From: Octopus sinensis
Taxonomy: Eukaryota
Length of the DNA: 64,000 nucleotides
Direction of reading: 5' to 3'
Assembly (NCBI RefSeq): GCF_006345805.1
Contig: NC_043011.1
Location: forward strand, 39,134,464 to 39,198,463
The notes under the pieces were generated by a model, which saw only the letters and a list, made by a program, of their open reading frames with translations, had not been told where the DNA came from and did not search any database. The position numbers and the translations under genes were made by a program. Positions 51,491-64,000 of this stretch are shown here, one piece after another. How positions within the stretch are numbered: the first letter of the stretch is position 1; each line of letters starts with the position of its first letter.

Positions 51491-51908
51491 CTTTACTCTT
51501 TTACTTGTTTCAGTCATGTGACTGTGGTCATGCTGGAGCACCACATTTAGTCGAGCAAATCAACCCAGGGACTTATTCTTTGTAAGCCTAATACTTATTC
51601 TATCGGTCTCTTTTGCCGAACCGCTAAGTGACGGGGACGTAAACACACCAGCATCGGTTGTCATGCAATGTTGGGGGGACAAATATAGACGCACAAACAT
51701 AGACACACACACTCATATATATATATATATATATACACATATATACGACAGCTTTTTTTTTAGTTTCCCTCTTCCAAATCCACTTACAAGGCTTTGGTCT
51801 GCCCGAGGCTATAGTAGAAGACACTTGCCCGAGGTGTCACACGGTGGGACTGAACACGGAACCATGTGGTTTGTAAGCGAGCTACTTACCACACAGCCAC
51901 TCCTACAC
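51489..51908 (-). mobile_element. SINE family A, full length
   Basis: Complete head, core, microsatellite and tail; a further partial copy lies at about 51920-52050. Confidence 0.9.
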
Positions 51909-52899
51909 CTAGATATCTTTCAGTTTGTTTACCAGATCCACTGACAAAGCTTTGGTTGGTCCTAGTCTATACAAGACACTTGAGCAGGGTGCCATATAGT
52001 GAGCATGAACCTGGAATCATGCGACTGAAAAGCAGACTTCTTACCATGCAGCTACTTGTGTACCTATGTCGAACAGCTTTTAAATGCTACTCCCTTTTTA
52101 TCATTTAATCTAGTTTCACTCATTCACTTTACTCACCCCAACCCCATTCACCCACTTCCACTTCATTCGTCACAGGTATGTTATCACCTTACAATTTCTT
52201 GATTTAAATTCTGATTTAAATTAGTCCCCTGCAAATTTAATCAATCTTATCTTACAATCTAATTCCATTTTGACTCCCTTCTTCCTTCTGCTCCTCCCGC
52301 TTGTCTACCGTCTCCCTGTCTCCTCTGTCCTTGTAGGCACTTTATCACTCCCTAGGTATTTCTTTGATATTAAATCTTACAACTAGATTTAACGCAGATT
52401 TACCCAGTTCGTTTAGTGCAAATTATTTCCAGTACAAAGGCGATTAATCCCTTTACGTTAATTTAATACAATTTGTTTTTCCATTCCGTTTTAATGAGAC
52501 ATTTAAGCACACTCTTCACTTTACCTGTTAACTATGTAATATTATTCATTCCTCCTTGTTTCCCTCTCATTTTAAAACACATCACATTAAAGTATTAACT
52601 TTAGCATTTCGCTTTAATTGCTGTTATCCAGAACAGTTAACACGCTCATGCAGGGTTGCGTGGTAAAAAAAATTTGCATGCCAACTGCATGGATTCTCAC
52701 TACGTGGTACTTAGGGTGAGTGTCTCACACTGTAGCCCAGGGTCAACTAGTGCCTTGTGAGTGCATTTGGTAGACAGAAATTGGAAGAAGCCTGTCATGC
52801 GTGCACATGCATGTGTGTGTGTGTGTGTGTATGTATCATCATCATCGTCATCATCATTGTTGTTTAACGTCTGCTTTCTGTGCTGATATGGGTTGGACA

Positions 52900-52962
<63 letters not shown>

Positions 52963-53129
52963 TATGTACAAGTGTGTGTATGTTTGTGTGTGTGCAAAAC
53001 TTTGTGTTTTTGTCTCTCCCCACTGCCACTTAACAAGCAGTGTAGATATTTTTAGACATCCCCATAACTTCACAGTTCAGCAAAAGAGCTTGATAAAATA
53101 AGTCCCTGGCACATTGGGAAAAAAAAAAA

Positions 53130-53288
53130 GAAAACTGCCGATATGTCACATCAGATAGTTTGAGAAGCGCTGGTCTAAATTATAATCTTCCATCAAGATT
53201 TTATGTGAATTTGTTCCAGAATTTGTAATAATGCATTCTTGTAAAAATTAATCAAAACAAAGGCAGCAGAAATATGGTAACAAAAGGG
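53130..53288 (-). mobile_element. piggyBac-like MITE end
   Basis: GGTAACAAAAGGG followed by TTTAA, the reverse complement of the CCCTTTCGTTACC TIR. Confidence 0.55.
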
Positions 53289-53599
53289 TTTAAAATGCCA
53301 AGCTGTCAGAGTCATTAGTGTTTTGTAATACTTAGCTGTATTTCTACTGGCTTCTAATGTTCTGGTTTCAAATTTTGCTTAGGTTGATGTTGCTTTTCAT
53401 CCTTTTAGGATTGATGAAATTAGTATCAGTGATGTACTGGGGGGTTGATGTTCTCGACTAGCCATGCCCACCCCCCTCTAACATTTCAGGCCTTGTGCTT
53501 AAAGTAGAAAGACTTACTGGTTGAGTTTCAAACTGTCTGGGTCATTTGTAGATGTATGTAATTGTTAAGGAATTCAGGAAGAATGCTATGAGTTTTGTG

Positions 53600-53920
53600 G
53601 GCCACAGGCTTGTTGATAGCAATGATGGTGGAGATAAGAGTGATGGTGGTGGCTGTACTGACAGGAACTAAGATGATGACGATGAGGAGGATGGTGGTGG
53701 TGGTGGTGGTTTATAGTGACAGGAATAATGATGGGGTGGCATGATGATGATGATGATGCTGGTGTTGATGGTTGAGGGGATGATGGTGCTATTAGCTGGT
53801 GGGGTGAGATGAGCTAATGGTACTGCTGGTGGTGATGGAGTTTGTAGTGTGATGATGATGATGGAGGTGATGGTGATACCAGAAATGATGGTGGTGGTGG
53901 TGGTGGTGATCCCATTGGTT
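53600..53920. repeat. GGT/GAT-rich trinucleotide low-complexity tract
   Basis: Directly visible. Confidence 0.85.
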
Positions 53921-54373
53921 GTGACTGGAACTTCCCAACATCTTTCCATAAGAGGATGAAGGTTGAAGCTTGCCATTCTTAACTGACAGTCTTCCATGAA
54001 CTCCCTGCTGGTGACAGAGGGGACAGTGAGGGTGGGGAGGTCAAAGAGTAAGGAATTGGGCAGGGATGGAAACTATGGTTGGGGTGATGGGCATCTTTGC
54101 TGATGACAATAGAAACAATAATAGCAAAAATGATGATGATGATGGTAGTCATGGTGATGACAGGACTTCTGTGACCATCCTTCCTGTTTTTCCATTTCCT
54201 ACCTTTCTTCTCTTTGACTCATTTTTTTTTTTGTTTTTGTTTTTGTTTTGATTTAAATATGAGTGTATATGTCTGCAAATGATCAAGTAGGTATATACAT
54301 ATTTATATACATATATTCATGATATTTGTGTGTGTGTGTATGTATATATGTGTGTGTGTATGTCTATGTATGT

Positions 54374-54415
<42 letters not shown>

Positions 54416-55173
54416 ATATGTGTGTGCATATATATGTATATACATATATATGTGTATACATATATATGTGTATACATATGTGTGTGTGTATATATATGTA
54501 TATGTGTGTGTATATATATATATATATGGATGTGTATATATATATGGATGTGTGTGTATACATGTTTATATATGTGTATCTATCTATCCATCCATCCATC
54601 CAGACACCCACACACACATATAGAGTTCACCATATAGATAAGAAGTATAAGATGTTGTTGCCTAGTTGAGAAAAACTTTTGGGGACTGTCCATTGTTTGA
54701 GTTGACCTAATGACCTGGCTACCCTTTCCTCTCCCTCCTATATATATATTTTTTTTGCTCTTTTCACTTTCTCTTTTAATTGTGTGTGTGTGTGTGTGTT
54801 TAGTTTTCTGTTATATATGAGAAGGAAGTAAAAAAAAAAATATATAGATTGAAAGTTAAGGTCAGATCTCTGAGAATAGTATTGATGTGATGTGCTCACA
54901 TCAGACCTTGGGGTAAGAAAGAGGAAAATATGAAGAATAACTTTTGTTGTTGTTTTTTTCATTTTTCTAAATGACAAATGAAGTGTGTGTGGGGGGTAGT
55001 TGTATGTAGGTGGTAAGAGAGATGTTAGCTACATAGGTGGTTTCGGGGGGGGAAAATCTTATCAGTCTTGTATTTTTCACATTATGCACCATACACTTGC
55101 ACACATCCCTCTATAGACAGATGTATACTTTTATGTATGTATGTATGTATATGTGTATGTGTATATCTATGAA

Positions 55174-55206
<33 letters not shown>

Positions 55207-55913
55207 TGATGTGTGTGCATGTATATAGGCATGTTTGTGTATGTATACATATATATATATATATACATATTAATATATGTGCATATATATATATACACAC
55301 ACATACACACTATATGTGCCTATATATAGATAGATAGATACACACATATACACACGGTGTCACACATGTACATCATTATACTGATAGATGTGGGGCGCAC
55401 TAATAGTCGGCGCAATCATTCACACACACACACACACATATATATATACACACACTCACACACATATACTTTTATGCATTTGTGTACGTATATAAATATA
55501 TATGCGTATACACATCAATATATGTATATGTACATGTATAAGCACACACATACGCACAACAATGTATTGATAAATAGGCCTACACAAATAGGTAGCACTT
55601 TCACACACACACACACACACACACACAGAGTCACTAAGGTTGTGAAGGGCATATATTTATTTCTGTATTGTCTTTAAAAATAAGAGTTGGAAGAACAATT
55701 ACTTTTGCACTTTTGTAGGTACTTAAAGTAGTCTAAAATAATATCTTTAGTATCGACTGTCTTGAAAAGCAATAGCAAAAGCGAGACATCGTTTGTTTTT
55801 TTTTTTTTTTTGTTTTTTTGTTTTTTTTTTAATTGTGATATTTCTATGTCTGTACCAGGGGAAAAAAAAATATTGATAAAGATGTAATTCAAAATAGGAA
55901 ATTTCATATTACT

Positions 55914-56098
55914 TTTGAAGAAAGTCTGGACAGGTTTCTATCTGAGATACCAGATGAACCTTACATCTTGGCAGGAGACACAAAGAAGGGGTGCTCCGTC
56001 CAACTCACATCTTCCCCAAAACAATGCCGGAAGCAACACTGAGTAACTATAGGTGGTGCTCCAGCTTGACCTTAGCTCTGGGCTGAAATCAGTAAAAG
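55914..56098 (+). mobile_element. LINE (CR1/L2-group-like) extreme 3' remnant
   Basis: Translates FEESLDRFLSEIPDEP and, after a frameshift, QETQRRGAPSNS; the 3' UTR ends GGTGGTGCTCCAGCTTGACC...GCTGAAATCAGTAAAAG. Confidence 0.6.
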
Positions 56099-56480
56099 AA
56101 ACAAACAAAAACGGTAAAAGTAAAATACAATGACAGTGAGCAGTGATGTGACCACCACTACTGACTTGGCAATAGGAGGGTGTTATGATTCTGGGTTAGA
56201 ACAGCGAATGATCATTGGATAGTGTGTGCAGACACCAATTCCTTTGGGTCAAAGTTACATTTTCTAAAGGTGAAGAAGGGAAAACATATTCCTTTATTTG
56301 AATCTTTATTTTATCTTGTACTGCTTTCAGTCATTAGACTGTGGCCATGCTGCAGCACCTTCTTGAATAATTTTATTTTGAATAAATGGACCCTAGTACT
56401 TATTTTCATGTAAGATTTGGTATTTATTCTGTTGCTCTCCACTGCCAAACAGCAAGATATCATTTCGCCTTTTTTTTTTT

Positions 56481-56872
56481 TTTACTTGATTCAGTCATTG
56501 GACTGCGACCATGCTGGAGCAAATTGACCCCAGGACTTATTCTTTGTAAGCATAGTACTTATTCTATTGGTCTCTTTTGCCAAACCGCTATGTTACGGGG
56601 ACATAAACACACCACCATCGGTTGTCAAGCGATGTTGGGTGGGGGGGCAAACACAGACACACAAACATATACACACCCATACATACACATATATATATAT
56701 ATATATATGACGGGCTTCTTTCAGTTTCCGTCTACCAAATCCACTCACAAGGCTTTGGTCAGCCCAAGGCTATAGTAGAAGACACTTGCCCAAGGTGCCA
56801 CGCAGTGGGAATGAACCCGGAACCATGTGGTTGGTAAGCAGGCTACTTACCACACAGCCACAACTGTGCCTA
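56481..56872 (-). mobile_element. SINE family A, full length
   Basis: Near-consensus copy; partial tails flank it at about 56320-56400 and 56900-57070. Confidence 0.9.
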
Positions 56873-57099
56873 TAAACTTCTAAGCTTTTACTTTTCTTCT
56901 TGGTTTAGTCATTGGACTGCAGTCAAGCTGGGGCATTCCCTGGAAAGGTTTTAGTCAAAGTAATCATCCACTGTACTTGTGTTTTTAGTGTTTATTGTGC
57001 TGGACCACTTAGTTATGGGTATGGAGACATAACCAAACCAACATTGGTTGTCAAGTGGTAGTGAAGAGGCAAACACACATATACATCTATAATGCCTTC

Positions 57100-57600
57100 A
57101 TTAGCAACACCAAAATATAGTAAATGTGTCATTTTGAGAAGATTATTATGATAGCTTCAACAGAAAACTACGAAATACAGAAACAATGTCATTTAGAAAG
57201 ACTCGGTAATAACATTTTCATAAGAAAAAAGAAAATGTAGAAAAGATGTAACTAGAAAAGAAAAGAAAATATGAAAGAGGAGAAAAACATATAAACCATG
57301 AAAGAGAAATATGTAATTTTGAAAAAGATGCAGCCATAATATATTCAACAGAAAGCAGCAAAATATAGAAAAGATGTTATTTTTTTTTAAAAAAAGGGAA
57401 AATTATGATAGCTTAAGCAGCAAGCAACAAAATGTGTAAAAGATGCAATTTTAAAAAGATACAACTGTGATAAAGAAAAAAATGTAATTTTTAAAAGATA
57501 CAGCAATAATACATTCGACAGAAAGAGCCAATTACAGAACAGCTGGCATTTTTAAAAACACATATGTTTTAATGGCTTCATCAGACGCAACAAAATACAG
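57100..57600. repeat. Diverged A-rich minisatellite, ~60-bp unit
   Basis: Recurrent ATTATGATAGCTT, CAACAGAAA, CAAAATATAG, AAAGATG and ATTTT.AAAAG blocks. Confidence 0.65.
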
Positions 57601-57739
57601 TGTAACCATGCGTGTTGGTTTCAATCCCACTATTCGAATCCTTTAACAAGGATTATCTTCTATTATGGCCAGCTCTTGCTAAACTGTCCAACTCCTGCCA
57701 ACATGGAAAGTGGTGGACGTTAAATGATGATTATATATA

Positions 57740-58136
57740 TCTTTATATATAAAAGTGAAGTTGTGTGTCTGTCTCCTACAATTTAGATTCCTAACTACTC
57801 CCACATTTTGCGGTGCAGTTTAACTAAAACTGGGTATCTTATAGTCGTGATCCATATCGAGCCCTTCTGGGTATTAGCGCGTGTCTACGATGAGTCTACG
57901 ATTTAAAAAAAAATTTACCATCATTTTTTTCCATTTTAATGCATTTTTTCGCTATTATATAAGGGAAGTAACTCTCTAAAAATGTCTACGATGAGTCAAC
58001 GATAAAAAAAAAAATTACCATCATTTTTCCCCCATTTTTAATGCATTTTTTTGCTATTTTTTTGCTATAACTCTCTAAAAATGCTTATATAGTTATTTCC
58101 CTTACAAACCCTGGCAACGCCGGGCGATACTGCTAG
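57740..58136 (+). mobile_element. Non-autonomous Helitron, copy 2
   Basis: A|TCTTTATATATAAAAGTGAAG start; CCCTGGCAACGCCGGG hairpin; CTAG|T end. Confidence 0.9.
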
Positions 58137-58544
58137 TATATATATATATAGATATATGTATTTAAATAATGAGGGTGATAAATTGAATATTAATTTAATT
58201 AACATCAATTTAAAACCAGTATAGCATATAGAAAAATCTGAATTTCTCTAGAGAACATTCTTTTCTTTGTAGTTAGATCATAGGTGATCTTCTTCTAGCA
58301 TATTGGATGTACACTTAGTGGTCATCCCTTCTTATACGAATATATATATATATATATAGGTGCATAGCCCTGTTTACATAGTTGCTATATATGTTACATA
58401 CATCATATACCTTTATACTGTGTGAACTAAGATCGTTGTCAGGTCCCTGATATTTAAAAATGGTGTTAAACCTACAGTATGCAAATTAATAGCCCCAGTT
58501 TTCTGCAGCTACTGTAATTGTTGAGTATATAAATGCATTGGCAT

Positions 58545-58690
58545 TAGGAAGGGCATCCAGCTGTAGAAACATTGCCAGATCAGATTGGAGCCTGTTGCAG
58601 CCTCCTGGCTTGCCAGTCCCCAGTCAAACCATCCTACCCATGCCAGTATAGAAAACAGGCGTTAAACGATTATGATGATGATGATGATGG
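58545..58690 (+). mobile_element. Family C (RTE 3' tail) terminal copy
   Basis: GGCATTAGGAAGGGCATCCAGC through GGCGTTAAACGATTATGATGATG. Confidence 0.8.
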
Positions 58691-58851
58691 TGGTGGTTCC
58701 TTGTTTTTCAGGGGTTGGTCAAATTGATGTAGAAGCTTCTGATGAGAATTCAATTAGATTAAAAAATTAAGGTTGTTCGTTAGTTCTTTTCAATTACAGA
58801 GAAACAGCTAAATTAGCCCTATTTATATAGGTACTGTATAGGTTTCATCTA

Positions 58852-59034
58852 CAGTAGTCCCTTGACTCTCATGGGTGTTATGTTCCAAAACACCTTGCAA
58901 TGTTTTTTAAAATTATTTTTATAATTTGTATATATTTATTTTATCATAAATGCACAACAACACTGCAGAGGAATCAATGGAAGCTGAAATAATAAACCAC
59001 AATAGGTGAACCACGATATGGCGAGGGATTACTG
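58852..59034. mobile_element. pogo/Tigger-like MITE
   Basis: TA|CAGTAGTCCCCTTGACTCTCATGG and CCACGATATGGCGAGGGATTACTG|CA are imperfect inverted termini of the CAGTAATCCCTCG type. Confidence 0.6.
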
Positions 59035-59192
59035 CATGTGTATATGTGTGTATATATGTCTTAGCTCTTCTACTGCTTGACAACTGATGTTAGTTTGTTG
59101 ATGTGCCCTGTGACTTAGCGGTTCAGCAAAAGAAACTGATAGACTAAGTACCAGGCTTGGTGAATAAGTACTGGGGACTATGAGTTTTATGT

Positions 59193-59314
59193 TTGTACTT
59201 AAGCCTTTGGTGCCCCTGTATGGTCATGATTTATAGACTTGAAACACGCAAAACTTGTACTTAAGCCTTTGGTGCCCCTGTATGGTCATGATTTATAGAC
59301 TTGAAACGCGCAAA
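59193..59314. repeat. Tandem duplication, 62-bp period
   Basis: TTGTACTTAAGCCTTTGGTGCCCCTGTATGGTCATGATTTATAGACTTGAAAC occurs at 59193 and 59255. Confidence 0.95.
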
Positions 59315-60252
59315 TAACATAAGGGCACCTTCACCAGAAACAATGAAATGCAGGGAGATGTCATTTTAAAAAAAAAGAAATATTTCTGTCTTATATTATA
59401 AGTTATAATTTTTTTTATTCTTTGCTTAGTGTGAGTGTTGTTTTATCTGTTTAGTATTTTTTTTTTTATTTCTCTTTTGTATTTTTCTGGAAAGAAGAAA
59501 ACACAAAAAATAAAGAGAAATAAAAAAAAAATGTGTAAAAATTCTTCTGAATTATTTAAATTTAAAAGTATCCATTTTCTATTTTTTACATACCTAAAAG
59601 TTTCAGAAATTTATTTTGAATTTAGATATTCTATATAAGGTGTGAATAAATGTATGTGTGTGAATATATATATTTATTTTTTTTTTTTGTGAGTGTATGA
59701 TATTCAGTCTCATTTACTTAAGTATTGTATGTATATATTTCTATATTTGAAATTGTGTATCTTTTACATAATGTATATGTTCTAATCATTACATCACTTG
59801 TATCATGATTTGCTGTGGAAAATCTATTGGTTTATCTAAATGTGGGGCACTTATGAAAGCTATAAATAAGCCAGCTAAATGGAATGCTCCAGCATGGCCA
59901 CGGTGTAATGTGTGATGCAAGTAAAAGATAAAAGACAAAATGCCAAAGAGGGTGAAGAATGTTCCCCTAGAATCAACATTTACCATCTGTCCATCCATTT
60001 TCTCAACTCCCCATTCCTCGGTGAATTGTAAGGGCAGAGTCCTCAGGCACTTCCTTCTTGGTGCCCTGTCAGAAGCATCTCTCATTAGCCTTTTCGGTTG
60101 GATTCCCAAGCCTGAGCAACTGAGAGCACCACTTTCAAAGGTTTTAGTCAAAGAAATCAACCCCAGGACTTATTCGTTGTAAGCCTAGTACCTATTCTAT
60201 TGGGCTCTTTTGCCAAACCATTAAGTTGAGGGGACATAAACATACCAACATA

Positions 60253-60478
60253 GCCTTTTCTATTTAAACTAGACATATCTGGCTCGAAGTTTCCACCTGT
60301 TTTATGTTCAAACTGATCAGATCCAGCCTCTCACACTTACCCTACAATGCCATTCTTAAAATAGTGTGTGTCACCTTATTGAAATTTTGAAGCTACAAGG
60401 TAACGCATGATTAACTCAAAGCAATGTGAACAAACAAACAATACATTTGACTGAATAATCTGTGTGCTTGTGGGTTAA
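60253..60478 (+). mobile_element. piggyBac-type MITE, degenerate
   Basis: Homologous to 16430-16550; ends GGG|TTAA at about 60472-60478. Confidence 0.5.
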
Positions 60479-62054
60479 AAGGATTTCTGTCACTCCCATC
60501 AATCCCAGCCATAGTTTCTGTAGCTTAGGTATTTTATCAACCTCTTGTTATCAAACTGCTAAGTTACTTATTCCTGATAGAGGTAATAACTCCACACAAG
60601 ATCAGCCTGCTTCTTTCATTAGCCATCTTTGATTTTCTTCAACGTTGGTAGATATAGTGCCTCTTTAGAATATCTATATAATATTCACTGTCCTCTCTCT
60701 CTCTAACACACACACACACACACTCAGAGATGTGCTGACACACATACACATGTTTATACATGTGCACAATATGCATGCATGTATATTCACACTGAAACCT
60801 ACATGTGAAAATACGCATGTATGAACATAGAGCAAGCATATGTGTGCGCATACAAATGTGTATGTGTAAAAACCATATATTCATAGATGCACATCTCTAA
60901 ACATACTTGTGTATACATATGTTGTAATATAAACATAACTAAACATACATGCTCATATATATGTGCTTATATATGTAACTAAATATACAGGCTTATATGT
61001 GTGTGTGCGTGTCTATACACACCTAGATGTACAGATAATTGTGTATACATACTTATATATCTAAGCTTGTATATATTTATACATACAAGGGTATGTATAC
61101 GTAATTGAACATATATATTACCAAACGCTACCAAACGTACATGGTATATTTATATGCACCCATGTTGATACATGTAATGATATATGTGTGTATGTATGTA
61201 TACATATGTATATATATATATCTAAATATATATATATATATATATATGTATATACACACACAACGAAAAGTACATGAAAGTGCGCACACACCACATACAC
61301 TCATGCATAGACACAAACAAATGTTCATATATAGCCAGCATTACTTTCGTTCGTGTCTTGTTTCTATGTTTAACAAGACCTTGGGGAAATTCTGTGAAGA
61401 ATGACAGCCAAAGTTTATAAATATCACTGGTCGCATTATTCCGCTCCCCTGCTTGCAGACCAAACCTGCATTGATCGTCCTCGCCTTTTGTAATGACTTG
61501 CTAATTGTTCTGTTATTGTTACTACAGTGGAATCACTGCTCTGCTATCATGGCACTAGTGAAGGTGTCAGAAACACACTTCTGCATCTCTCGTGATTGCT
61601 TCTCCCTTGCTCTCGTATTCTGCCACATTTCGCCTTTCGCTGCACGCACTCTCGAAACACAGACGACGCATTATCTTCTGGTGCAGAAACGGCTTTTGTT
61701 CTGATTTGTAGATTCTGTTAACTTGCTCATGTGCAATAATATAATAATAATAAAAAAAAAAAAAAAAAAAAACAGACCAAACAAGATTGGAGTATAATTT
61801 CTTGGCCGGCCATAAATTTACCTGCTCTTAGTATTTTTGTTGTTTTTTTTTCTTCATATATTTATTTTCTCTTTCTTTCACTTCTTGTTTCTCTTTGTCT
61901 TTTGGCCTCTTCCCACCCCCGTCTTCTTGATTTAAAAACAGTGGCGGCAAATGTCTTCTTGCGACTATACAGGTGAAAGACATGGAGTTGAATGAAGTTG
62001 CACATTTATCAATGTTTCTACAACATTGCATGCTATTGCTGCATTGTATTGTTA

Positions 62055-62109
<55 letters not shown>

Positions 62110-62254
62110 CATCATCATCATTATCATTATCATCATCATCACCATTATTATTATTATTATTATTAGTTCTTTTGGTTGCATGCTAATGAAAGTATAAAAA
62201 GAAAAACTATGAATCAAATAATAATAATAATGATAATGGTAATAATAATAATAA

Positions 62255-62550
62255 TAATAATCCTTTCTAATAAAGTCACAAGGCCCAAAATTTTGTGGGC
62301 GGGTTTAAGTTGATTACGTCAACCCCTAGTACTCACTTGATATTTATTTTATTGACCCTGAAAGGATGAAAGGTAGAGTCGACCTCGGCGGAAGTTGAAC
62401 TTAGAATGTAGCGATGGATGAAATACCGCTAGGCATGTTGTCCAGTGTGCTGACAATTCTGTCAGCTTGCCGGAATTTGAACTCAGAGCATTAAGACAGA
62501 TAAATTGCCAGTAAGCATTTAGCTTGGCACGCTGGCAGGTCTGCCAGCTT
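62255..62550 (-). mobile_element. Family B SINE plus partial second copy
   Basis: GGATGAAAGGTAGAGTCGACCTCGGCGGAAGTTGAAC core; (AAT)n tail on its left. Confidence 0.8.
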
Positions 62551-62939
62551 GCTGTTTTCAAAGCGAAAATGATGATAATCTGCTATAATAATACTCTTGT
62601 GTTTTTCTTCGTCGCAACATATGAATGAGAGAGGAAGGGGTGATGGCAAACTGGTAGTGGGAGCTTTTCAACTCTGTGTGAGTGTATGTGTGTGTATGTA
62701 AGAGGCGGGTATGTGAATGTGTGTGTGTGTGTGTGCAATAGAAGTGGGATGGTGAACATTCAATGGTGAAAAGAAAACTCTAACAGCGTTTCAACTCTGT
62801 GTGTGTATAAGAGAAGTATGTGAATGTTTGTATGTGTGAACCAGCGTTCTTTCAGTAACAAACGAAGATCGATGTCGCATCTCAAAAGACAACCACTAAG
62901 TAACATTGACAAGTGTATTAATTTGATTTAACATCCATA

Positions 62940-63245
62940 TCTTTATATATAAAATTGAAGTTGTGTGTGTGAGACTCTGTCTCCTCCGATTTAGATTCCT
63001 AACTACTCCCACATTTTGCGGTTCAGTTTAAACCAAAAGCGGGTATCTTAGTCGTCATTCATATCGAGCCCTTCTGGGTATTAGCGAGCTTCTACGGTGA
63101 GTCTACGATTTTAACAAAAATTTACCATCATTTTTCCGCATTTTTAATGATTATTGCTCGGGTTATATAAGGGAAGTAACTCTCTAAAAATGCTTATATA
63201 GTTATTTCCCTTACAAACCCGAGCAACGCCAGGCGATACTGCTAG
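62940..63245 (+). mobile_element. Non-autonomous Helitron, copy 3 (shorter)
   Basis: A|TC start and CTAG|T end; has one rather than two of the internal subrepeats seen in copies 1 and 2. Confidence 0.9.
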
Positions 63246-63619
63246 TTTATATATAAAATACTACAATTAGCCATCATTGTTGACTGCACAGGGCCAGCTA
63301 GTCAAAATCTTTCTACTCTGGACACAAAACTTGAAATTTTCTTCTGTGTGGTAGGGTAGCTAGTTAATTTTGTTGGCTCCTGTTACTTTATAGACTCTCA
63401 AAGTACAAAAGGCAATATGAAACCTGGTAGCATTGGAATTTGGAATAACAATCCTTTCCAGTAAATGACACAAGGCATGAAATTTATTTATTTATTTTTT
63501 TTTTTTTGGAGAGGTGTGGCTGAATGTTTTGGGGCAGTCTTTCATGGAAGACTGGAAATGAAGAGCATCGCTTGTACTTTGCAACCGTCACATGATGTCA
63601 AGACAAGAACACACACACA

Positions 63620-63785
63620 CACACACAATGGCTTCATCTAGTTTCTGGCTACCAAATCCACTCACCAAGGTTTTTGGTCAACCAGTGGATATAGTAGCAG
63701 ACACCTGCCCAAGGTGCCATGCAGTGGGACTGAACTTAACATGATATGGTTGGGAAGCAAACTTCTCAACCACACAGCCATGTCT
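63620..63785 (-). mobile_element. SINE family A 5' half
   Basis: CCCAAGGTGCCATGCAGTGGGACTGAAC...CACACAGCC. Confidence 0.75.
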
Positions 63786-64000
63786 CTGCATATATATATG
63801 TGTAAATATTTCTCACCCAGCCATTCATTAGCTGTCCTCTGTCTCTCTCTCTCTCTCTTACACACACACACATATACTCACTCATATTCTCACTTACACA
63901 TACATACCATTTCACTTGCTCACACCTGTATGAAGGTCCTTTTCACACTTTCATGTTCAAACATTATACATAGATGTGCCAACTCTCCTATATAAACAAG

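Noticed and set aside
53930-54000. Minus-strand LRMASFN... as an RTE endonuclease start
   Set aside because: Only about 15 plausible residues, followed by low-complexity sequence.
54095-54135. CTGATGA...GAAAC on the plus strand
   Set aside because: Only 5 nt lie between the core halves, so stem II cannot form; it sits in GAT/AAT low-complexity sequence.
59990-60130. Minus-strand peptide GLGIQPKRLMRDASDRA, vaguely like a non-LTR element C-terminus
   Set aside because: Too short and degenerate to assign without a database search.
61545-61575. miR-96/183/263-like TGGCACT seed
   Set aside because: Only the seed matches, and the local hairpin is about 29 nt, too short for a pre-miRNA.

Overview
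Repeat-dense, AT-rich animal genomic DNA. The SINE and retroelement content looks like a coleoid cephalopod, probably Octopus; this is inference, not verified by search. I cannot support any intact host protein-coding gene, and nearly all ORF-track entries are translations of microsatellites. The window contains four or five tRNA-derived SINE families (dozens of copies), many RTE-type 3' tails, and LINE relics: one long CR1-clade RT fragment at 4768-5886, a second CR1 3' end, and RTE endonuclease and RT relics. It also holds two mariner relics, piggyBac and pogo-like MITEs, three copies of a non-autonomous Helitron, several tandem duplications and islands of unique sequence. Four observations stand out. 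(1) Three fold-back insertions have Penelope-like architecture; two carry recognisable minimal hammerhead ribozyme folds, and one of those is fused to a tRNA-derived Pol III head and flanked by a 13-bp TSD (24784-25220). (2) Two near-perfect plus-strand polypyrimidine-AG|GTRAGT sites (10748, 48258) look like recursive splice points in a very long intron. (3) A LINE remnant at 55914-56098 shares its 3' tail with the dominant SINE. (4) A CpG-rich five-hairpin cluster lies at 41821-41965.
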